From Azolla caroliniana (lineage: Eukaryota; Plantae; Polypodiophyta), in NCBI GenBank assembly GCA_043228905.1, contig JBHGNT010000010.1:1240001-1304000 (forward strand): a stretch of 64,000 nucleotides of DNA. The letters run 5' to 3'. The notes under the pieces were generated by a model. It did no database searches and was not told the origin of the DNA. It worked only from the letters and a program-made list of their open reading frames with translations. Of this stretch, positions 52,205 to 61,543 are shown piece by piece (position 1 is the stretch's first letter; the number at the start of each line of letters is the position of its first letter). The position numbers were made by a program, and so were the translations under genes.

Positions 52205-53403
52205 TATTTTGTCACTAACATCTCACAACATTCCATTTATTTCCATTTTTTGTACACATTTTTTTGTATGAATGCCCACTATATTTTATTATCATCATGG
52301 GTTTTCTTAAACTGAAGAAAATAAACTCTATTCTTCTATAGTATGATGTTGAAGAATCGATATTTGCATTAAATCTGTCTCAGAAACCCAAATGGACACA
52401 TGCAACATAGTGAATTAGATTTAAAACATGATTACCGCTTCATATTTTTTTAGGGCAGCATGTGTTCATCGCAAAAGTCTTCATAATTTCATTGGATAAA
52501 GATGATGTGCACTGGCAAATTCCTTATAAAATATGGCTTCATAAAATTGAGACTGATATTTCCACAACATGTGGTCAAACGATAGCATCCAATAGAGGGG
52601 CAGTATTGTAGATGTAAGTATGTCTCCAAACCAGTTATGGAACAATGATACCATATGCTCTATGTGAGAGAATTGCAAGTAATAGATGGGAAGGATATAT
52701 CATATTTGTGAATATGATTCTGTCTGGGAACTTGAACATAGTAGAAATGAAGATCATAGATTTGAAGGGAAAAAACTAGTATCTAAGGTTTACAATGCCA
52801 TAGATTTGGACGTAAAGATAAGTACATCAGTTGTTCATGAGCACATCCAAGTATGAAAGAGTACTTGACCCTGATGAACTAAGTGTTTTGAAGAGAATTC
52901 TATAATTTGAATCGTCAACGTTCTGATCATTAGTGTGCCATCACTAAGATGTATAAAACATTTATGTAGATTCAACTAATAATTAATGGAAGATCACTAT
53001 AGAAGTATCTCTCTTCACATCATTTTTCTTGAATCTCCATGAATCCATCAATAGGTCTTGTTTGTTCTCACTCTAGCTCAAAGATGGGTGTAATAATTCC
53101 ATCATATCACAAGTTCTCATTGAAATGGTGTTAAAATGAATGAGGTCAACTAAAAAATATATGGTTTGGTGAAAGGTATATCAAATATCTAATTAAAACA
53201 TACTTGCTAATGAAACTTTCATGTGGTTTTGACGAAACCATTTTTGTTTTCTTGCCCATCGGCAATAGACCAACTTATAGCATATGATGATAGGACAAAG
53301 GCTCATCTAAATAAGCTAGTTTGTGGATGAGCATGTCTTCTAAACAAAGTGGTCTAAACCCCATAAGCCAAGTCCGAAATCTTGTCTTTTGACTCGTGGA
53401 ACT

Positions 53404-53872
53404 TGTCGTCGAAAAGGGGGGAATAATGTCATGAAAACATACATTTTGGCCTTACAAGGATTTGAACCCAAGACATCTTGGTCTATATGGTAGACCTTTA
53501 ACCATTATAATAACATATATAATATATGGTTATAATAAATGTATTATTAGTTATTACAAGATATTTAGAGTATTCTAGAACATTCTAGGATATTCTATAA
53601 TTATATTAAATATCATAAATATTCTAGAATATTCTATAATATTCTAGAATACTCCATAAGGACCTACAAATAGGTGTCTATTCATTCATCACAACTCATT
53701 CGGTTCAACACCAGTTTGTAGCCCCTTAGCCTATTCTTTGTAATCCTTGCTCCTTATGATATAGACTCTCTTTCCATTTGTAGTGTTCTCTCTCTCTCTC
53801 TCTCTCTCTATACCTTCAATCGTCATCTTATCTTTCTCTCTCCTATTCTCAAGTCTCGGCATGCATTTGACA
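53404..53872 (+). repeat. Probable LTR (TGTCG...TGACA) without matching TSD
   Basis: Terminal inverted motif, CCTACAAATAGG TATA-like box, (CT)n tract, short TATTCTAGAA repeats. Confidence 0.55.
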
Positions 53873-54295
53873 CCAGTAGAGGATACACCTTCCGGAGTTC
53901 AATCATCGGTCGTAATCCGAGAGAGATAGAGAGATAGAGAGAGAGCTTCGATACCCTGAACAACAGAGTTTTCTCCCCCCTTCTACATCGCTCCTAAAAC
54001 AGTCTGGGGCCTCCCCTTTTATAGCGTAAGGGACGATCGTTACATTAGGTTTTAATGACCTTTCGTTGTCCCTCTAGATTCTCTTCTTGATTTTCTCCCA
54101 TTATCCCCCCCTTTTATTCTCCTCCACCTGTGTGATATTAAAGCTCCTATTAAAGTCCAATTTCCTAGTAATCACAAAAACCCTATCATTACCTAGTATT
54201 TACACACGTTAGTACAAAAGGGGGTGCACTTGTGCACACTTGCATTCACACACATTTAGCTATGTTTCCCCTTATGGGCTGAAATCTTCATGACA
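53873..54295 (-). repeat. Partial Gypsy LTR of the TGTCG family
   Basis: Minus strand begins TGTCATGAAGATTTC (compare TGTCGTGAAGATTTC at 17533); reverse TATA CCCCTTTTATAG near 54013. Confidence 0.65.
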
Positions 54296-55593
54296 CCACA
54301 ATGATCGCGCAAGCCCGGTCTAGGATTGCTTTTCCAATGTCCGGAGTTTCGGGTCTCGTTCCGAACCTGTGATCGTCATTTCTCTGATTCTGACCTTACC
54401 CTTGGTTGGACTATCTTCGCAAGTCGAGAGGGTGTCGTGCTCCGCACCCTCTCCCGTGGCATCGTCATACTGTCCTTTGGCCTCCGTGTGGGCCACACCC
54501 ATCTCGTCCGGAAGGCCGACTAGCTCTAGATCTCCAGAATCCGACCGCGTGCTGGATCTTTGCTCTTCCTCGACCATCGCCTTTAGAGTCTCGTACGCTT
54601 CCCAGACCAGGGCCTCAACATCGATCTTTGTCGTTTCGTCTGATTGCACGACCACTCCCTACTCTAATGACGCGTCGTCACGCGTTATCTTCCCTATTCC
54701 TTTTGTGGACCGCTCATCATCCAACCGTCAACATACTCGTTCGACTTTCGACTAGTCCTTGGTAAGGCCATTCGCTCCGTTGTCATCTTCGAGCTCGATT
54801 CTGATGGCCTCCCATTCCTCTTGGTCGATCGACCTAACTAACAAGAGGACTTTGTCCACCCCCACCAGTCTTTGTTCCCGCTCCGGGAGCCGAGCAAAGC
54901 GCCGCCCAAACTCTAGGAATGCCTTCATTGCACCTCGGTTGGTCTTTGCCGATGCTACCCACTAGTCGAAGTCGCGCCGTCCCTGGCTTTTCAGTTGTCC
55001 CTAGCTTTTCAACCATCCTCTATATGTCTGCAAGAGCGCCTCTTCGAAGGCCTCCCATGAACTATGAGCTTCTTGGAGCTCCTTTACTTCCGCCTCACAC
55101 CTCCCTTTCTGTGTTGTAGGCTTCCAAGCAGAATGGGACTTTGTCCTCGTTAAAACGACCGACTCTTTCGACTACACTCTCGACCGCTTGTTATGCCGCT
55201 TCTTGTCTCATTGTCGCTTGTCCGAACTCCACCAGTGCCTTCGCCATTATCTCCACGAAGTCATCGTCTTCCAACTCCATCCTCCCTTGCCGCCCTTTCA
55301 TGTCGGGTTCACCAAAGATGTCGCGGAATTCCGCGCGTGTGTGTCGGATAGGATGGGACCATGGGGGTCTTGGACTAGGGAGAGATACAGCATAGAAGGT
55401 CGAGCTTCACTGTTTCTGGCGACTAGCAAGAACACCGACCAAAGCGTTTCCAGATATGTACCGAAAGCAACCGAATGAGAGAGGGAAAAGGACACGCACA
55501 CAACACTGAATAGACACACGCTTCCTATGTACAAAAACCGGAAAAGAAAGGACTCCAAAGGCACCGACACAGACACAGATGCTCAAAACTCCA

Positions 55594-55631
<38 letters not shown>

Positions 55632-56249
55632 AGAGCAAGATACAACTCCGGCTTCAAGCCGATCCGATTCAAAAGAGACAAGGGAGTCATCCGCATGCAA
55701 GCTCCAGTCGGGGAGCACACGGGCTCGCCTACGCGAGTGGAGGCCTTGCACTGGACACGGTCTTCCCGCCGAAAACACAACAACTGTCAGCCACCAGTCG
55801 GGGAGCACACGGGCTTGCCTACACGAGTGGGGTCTTGCATAGAAAACAGAACTGCGAACCGGAGCCTCAAGGCACCCGAACTAAGCAAACCCTAGTAGAG
55901 ATGAAGCAACAAATCCTAATAGAGTAAACTAACAAGACTCAACTCAGAAGAGAAACCCAACCCACATGACGACGAAGAAGAGGAACTAAATGAAACCCTA
56001 AAGAAAGAAGAAGAGAAAACTACCAAGCCCTAGATCTAAGTGGTATACCCTCCTAACTCTAAATGGGCAACCCTTTTTACAAGAGACCCTCCCTTCCTTT
56101 TATAGCACAAGGAGGGAAAGGCGTTACAATGTGGGATAACCCCCCTTTTATTTTATACACATTTTCGAATGTACATGTTCACATGGTGCACATTGCGGAC
56201 TCCGCTCACTTGTTCGGTTTTCTCATTGTGGCCGGGAATCTTCACGACA
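54296..56249 (-). mobile_element. 5' part of a Gypsy element: LTR 55319-56249, tRNA-Trp PBS 55297-55314, decayed gag
   Basis: LTR termini TGTCG/CGACA and family end motif. Plus-strand TTCATGTCGGGTTCACCA matches the plant tRNA-Trp 3' end as I recall it. Stop-ridden gag-like frame follows. Confidence 0.82.
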
Positions 56250-56675
56250 ACGTTCTTCGAGTCAGGTCGATGTTCTTGTGCGCCGTTGATGTAGCTCCAA
56301 TACCCTTGGCTGACGAGGTATTGGGTCATCTTGTACTCCCAAGATGAATAATTGCTATGGTCTAGCTTTTCATTAGGGAGCGAGCTACCCATCTGTGTGT
56401 TCATTTTGATGTAGTGTCTTCCTTTTTCGATTTCCTTCACTCGATCACTTACTCGTGCTACGTAGCGGCACTACAGTAGCGGATAGCCAGAATTTGTCGT
56501 CGACGTTTCGAACACACAATTACGAAGAGTCGGGTGGACTTAGTGGATGTGCTAAACCACACGCTTTGATACCATGTTAAGAATTAGGTGATTAACTACG
56601 GGTTAATAAGTACCTAATTATGTGATTAGTTGATAAGTGGAAGATTAAGTGATATGTGTGTGTATGTGTGTGAGA

Positions 56676-56721
<46 letters not shown>

Positions 56722-57053
56722 GTTAACACTTGTGAACAACACAAGCTAGGGGATGATTAACTCTATATTAAATTAGCATTATCATCATCAAATACAAAAA
56801 TACCCACACTGAGGTATATATACATCTCATGTGCAAAGGTGCACATGTGTGAGTAAAATATAGGTACTAAGGTGTAAGTCCTATATTAAATGTACTCAAG
56901 AGTGGAGGATCTAGAATATCCCACTTAAGTACATGGTCCTATTTAAGGCGTTATAGTCAACACTCCTAACTAGATTCTATCTAGGTAACTACGAAGTTAC
57001 ATGGTTCACCGTTGACTAAATAACTAAATTAACTTGAGCTTGATCTCTCAACA
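56250..57053 (-). mobile_element. Copia 5' fragment: LTR 56575-57053, PBS, gag N-terminus
   Basis: GCTTTGATACCA PBS; LTR end TTGAGCTTGATCTCTCAACA; MGSSLPNEKLDHSNYSSWEYKM homologous to the other Copia gags. Confidence 0.88.
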
Positions 57054-59284
57054 GAAATGTTACCGGAGGAGAAAACGACAATGATCGAGCTACTCAAAGA
57101 ATTATGAGATGTTTTTGCATGGTCATATGAAGATATGCAAGGCTTGGACCCCTAGTTGTACCAACATCAGATCCATCTTAGTAAGGATGCGAAGCCGGTA
57201 GCGCAACGACGTTACCGGATGAACCCAAATTATGCGGCAAAAGTAAAAGAGGAAATTGATAAATTGCTAAGAGTCGGTTTTATCCGACCGATAAAGCAAG
57301 CAACGTGGTTGAGTCCAATAAGTGTAGTACCAAAGAAGAACGGCAAAATCCGAGTCTGTGTTGACTATCAAAAACTTAATGCGGCCACGGTAATAGATGC
57401 CTTTCCACTATCATTCACGGATGGTGTATTAGATGCGGTAGCCGGTCACAAAGTGTACTGTTTCTTGGATGGGTTCAATGGGTATAATCAAATTCAGATG
57501 CACCCCGTGGACCAGGAAAAGACGACGTTCGTTACGGAGTGGGGAGTGTTTGTTGTAATGATCATGATGTTTGGGCTCAAAACAACACCGACAACATTTC
57601 AAAGAATTATAATGGAGATATTCGGAGAGTACACCCCGATGTTCATGCAAGTATTTTTGGATGATTTTGCCGTCTATAGCCGGGGGGAAGACCAGTTGCA
57701 CCACCTCCGGATGTGTTTGGAGAAGAGTTGGGGATCTCGATTAAGTTTAAATCTGACGAAGTGTCTTTTCAGAGTCACAAGTGGTGCACTGCTTGGGCAC
57801 ATTATCAGTAAGGAGGGAATTGTTGTGGACCTAGACAAGGTAAAAGCAATTCTGCAAGCACCACCATCAACTAACGCCAAAGCATTGAGCTGGTTCTTAG
57901 GGCAGACCCGGTGGCATAGCCAGATGCTCCGGTATCTAGCAAACTTCGCAACTCCATTGCATGTGACCGTGCACCGAGTACCATTTCAATGGACAGAGCA
58001 AGAGGAGAAGGCTTATTAGGGGCCGAAAGTGATGTTGTCACAGGCTCCGGTGGTGCAGCCTCCTAATTGGACAAAGGATTTTCATGTGTTTGTTGATACA
58101 TCGGATATAGCAATCGGGAGTGTGCTCATGCAACTCACAGAGCCGAAGTGGTACCGACCGTTATACTACGCCAACTGAAAGCTTTCAAAAGTTGAACGGA
58201 ATTATTCAACAACAGAGAGAGAAGCTTTGGGGATGGTATACAGTGTCACGAAGTACCACCACTATTTGTTAGGACGCAAGTTTTCATTCCATGTTGAGCA
58301 CTCAACGGTAATCTACATGGTGTCTAGGCATCATTAACTGGCAAGCTGGCGGGATGGACCCTATTACGACAAGAGTTTGAATTTGATACATACCACCGAC
58401 CTAGAGTCCAGCATGTTGTAGCGAACTATTTGAGCCAGTTTGAATCTGGCGAAGCAAGTGACGTGGTTCAGCATGAGTTTTCAAACGCGGAGTTATTCAA
58501 GGTGACTACAAAGACAATAGTAGATGAAACAGTGTCTGGGGAGGACAAGTGGCTCACGGACATGCACTAGTTTCTGAGCTCCAGATTAACTCCGAAAGAG
58601 CTGAGCCGGGACGAACGCAAACGCCTAACGGTCCAAAGCTGAAATTTTTGCTTGGTGCAGGATACACTATACTATAAGGGAGCCGACAACATCTGGCGAC
58701 GCACAATGCGGAGTGACGAGAAGGACTCAATCTTATGTGAAGCTCACTACGGTGTTGCCAGAGGGCACTATGCCGGGGACGCCACCGCTTGGAAAATATG
58801 GCAAAGTGGGTTATGATGGCCAATAACTCTCGAAGACGCAGTCCGTTACTGCAAAGAGTGTGCCTATGCCAACGATTAGGTCAACCAACGTAGAAGGCTT
58901 GAATGCCACATCAACTGGTGCTGTCGTTAGAACCTTTCCAGAAGTGGGGCTTAGATTTTATGGGACCATTCAAGCCGCCAACAATGCGTACCGGGAATCG
59001 GTATATTATAGTAGCCACGGATTACAAAGGCAAAGGCGCTCTGGGACTATACCGCGGCATCGACGGCCAAGTTTCTATATGAGTATATATGATGCCGGTA
59101 TGGGTGCCCGATTGAGTTGATTAGTGACCAAGGAGGACATTTTCTCGGCCACGTTGTATGCGGTGGTTCACAAACGCAGTACCGCGGCATTGACGGCCAA
59201 GTTTCTATACGAGTATATATGATGCCAGTATGGGTGCCCGATTGAGTTGATTAGTGACCAAGGAGGAAATTTTCTCGGCCACGT
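57054..59284 (+). mobile_element. Decayed Ty3/Gypsy pol of a different (Athila/Tat-like non-chromovirus) lineage
   Basis: RT (VPKKNGKIRVCVDY, FLDGFNGYNQI, VFLDDF), RNase H (FHVFVDTSDIAIG, YSTTERE), integrase (ISDQGGHF). Confidence 0.9.
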
Positions 59285-61543
59285 TGTCGAGATATTATGC
59301 AAGTGCGTGTGGAAACGAGGCGGGACCGCGGGGGTCTCGAACCAAAGAGCAAGCGAGGGAGGAGAAAGAGAGAGAACCGGCTACGCAGGACCGGGGATAC
59401 ACAGGGACACGGCCCTTCAACACGGAGAACGCGAACAGACACCGACACAGACATATGCGAATGACTAAATATGTATATCAACAAAAATGGCCAACACGAC
59501 TACAACCCTCGATGGGGCACAGGCTGGTTACAACCGGACAGGACGGCGAACAGATGCCGATGCCTGTTCGCTTCGACGCACAAAGGGGCGGCAGGTCGGA
59601 GGTGCTGCCGGAAGCACTCGGGCGTTCCTCGAAACAGCGCGAGCCTCCTCGGGACCCTGCACAGAAAGCTATGGAGCTCAAGAAGGAAGGGAACAGAGAG
59701 AGAAGCGTCCAGAAACGGTCCGACAGCACTTCGTCCTCTCTGCACGAGATCCCTGCAACAGCTCTTTCTTGCTCCTTATATAGGCCAACGAGCAGGCCGT
59801 CATGTCAGCTTTATTCCCTGTCCCTTTTGAACAGGGATCCGCTCCGTTCCTCACGCATCCGCCGCCGACTCGTACAGTTCCTTAGCACGCGCGCGCGACC
59901 GAAAAGACTGTTCGCGCGGTCTTTGTCTCCACTTGTGCTAGGGCCCGTTCCTGCCGATTATCCTCCTAATTCGCTTCTATGTACAACTTGGAGCGTGCGC
60001 GCGTGAAGAACCGGTTCCCACGCCTTGGTGCGCCGATTCCGCTTATGGACGGTTTTCTTCACGACATCCGCCCCCACCTAACCGCGCATCCTCCGGTATG
60101 CGCCAAGAGAGTTGGGACGGAGAAAACCGGCCCGTCTTCATTCCTCGCCCGTCGGTTCTTCCTCGTTTTCGGATCGTTCGTCACTGCTGACTAGGAGAGC
60201 CGGGTCTGGCTCGTCGTCGTGTCGCTTCTTGAACGCTTTGATCCGCTTCCCTGCAACCGGTATCGCCATTCTCGTGCCGTCGAGTTCCGCCAGGTGATAT
60301 GTCCCGTTGTCATTGGCGCTCCGTACCACGTAAGGCCCGAACCACCTTCGTGCGAACTTCCGTGTAGCTCGGTGCTGGTTGTCGAGGCTGTTGTCGTAGA
60401 CGAGCACCCAGTCACCTTCTTCGATTTTCTTCGGTCGGAGCCGGTGCGTTCGGTCGAACCTGGCTTTGTTCTTTGTCCTCGCCACCCGGAGCTTCTCCGC
60501 AGCCAGTTCCACGTCCTCCGGTCTCCGCTCGAGCTGTCGTATACGCGCGGCCAACAACTCCTCCCGGCTCATCTCGTCCCTCCAGTCGACCGTTGCCCAC
60601 GAGGAGATCGTCCGTTCCATCGGCATGATCGGCTTCTGGCCGAACATGAGCTCCGTTGGCATGTACCCGGTTACCGAACTGTGCGTGGTCCGGTCTGCCC
60701 ACAAAGCATAAGGTAGCAGCCGCGGCCAGTTACCGACTCGGCCTCCGCATGCCCGAACCAACGCCTTGACGATCGGCCCGTGTCCGCGCTCCACCTTTCC
60801 ATTCGCCTCCGGATTGTACGCAGTGGTGAGCGAGAGCTTGACTCCCAGCCGGTCGAACAGCTCCGCGGCTTCTTCGGCGTCCAACTCCCCTCGGTCAGCC
60901 ACGATCTTCCCGACGCACCCGTACCGGCATATCACGTCCTCGATTAGGAACCGACATACGGCCGCGGTCGTTTTGTTCGGAAGGGCCCGGCCTTCCGCCT
61001 GGTTCGTCAGATCCTCCCGAGCTAGGACCAGGTACCGCATCTGTCCTACCCCCATTGGCATCGTCACCAGATCTACCATCCATTTGAAGTGGATGGTCGG
61101 AGGGTACGTAGGGTGAAGCTCGTCCCGGTGTCGGACCACGGAGTGCATCTGACAGCTCTCGCAAGTTGTCACGAATCGATGCACGTCCCGGTACAGTCCT
61201 GGCCACCAGTACTTCTCCTTTATCTTCTCGAACGTGTCCCAAGTTCCACGGTGTCCGGCCCAAGGGCTGTCGTGGTAGGCCGTCAGCAGCTCCTCCTGTT
61301 CTTCCTTCATCGCCACCACCCGGAGCGGAGCGCCGTCCCTCTTCTTCGGGTGCTTCCATAGATAGCCATCCCGGAGAAAGAACCGGTACGCTTTCTTCCG
61401 GATCCGGCTGGCCTCGTCTTTCGTCCATGACGCATCCGGCGCCATTGTCCTCAAGAACCCGCCGATCTGCAGCCACTCCCCGTCGTACTTTCTCGCGTCG
61501 AAGTCGTTAAGCGCCGGAGTGCTCGTCCCGTCGGTTGTTACGT
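59285..61543 (-). mobile_element. Gypsy element 3' half (integrase, PPT, 3' LTR 59285-60066), interrupted by a sister element
   Basis: Intact 438-aa integrase ORF 60138-61454 (H..GH..C..C zinc finger, DDE core, GPY); PPT AGGTGGGGGCGGA; LTR TGTCG...CGACA. Confidence 0.95.
60138..61454 (-). CDS. Gypsy integrase (Pol C-terminal part)
   Basis: Uninterrupted ORF with HHCC, catalytic core and GPY motif; no chromodomain. Confidence 0.9.
   Translation of the reverse strand: MRTMAPDASWTKDEASRIRKKAYRFFLRDGYLWKHPKKRDGAPLRVVAMKEEQEELLTAYHDSPWAGHRGTWDTFEKIKEKYWWPGLYRDVHRFVTTCESCQMHSVVRHRDELHPTYPPTIHFKWMVDLVTMPMGVGQMRYLVLAREDLTNQAEGRALPNKTTAAVCRFLIEDVICRYGCVGKIVADRGELDAEEAAELFDRLGVKLSLTTAYNPEANGKVERGHGPIVKALVRACGGRVGNWPRLLPYALWADRTTHSSVTGYMPTELMFGQKPIMPMERTISSWATVDWRDEMSREELLAARIRQLERRPEDVELAAEKLRVARTKNKARFDRTHRLRPKKIEEGDWVLVYDNSLDNQHRATRKFARRWFGPYVVRSANDNGTYHLAELDGTRMAIPVAGKRIKAFKKRHDDEPDPALLVSSDERSENEEEPTGEE

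Noticed and set aside
59254-60006. 250-aa antisense ORF in the Gypsy LTR
   Set aside because: Starts in host sequence and is broken by indels in the sister LTR 61544-62344.
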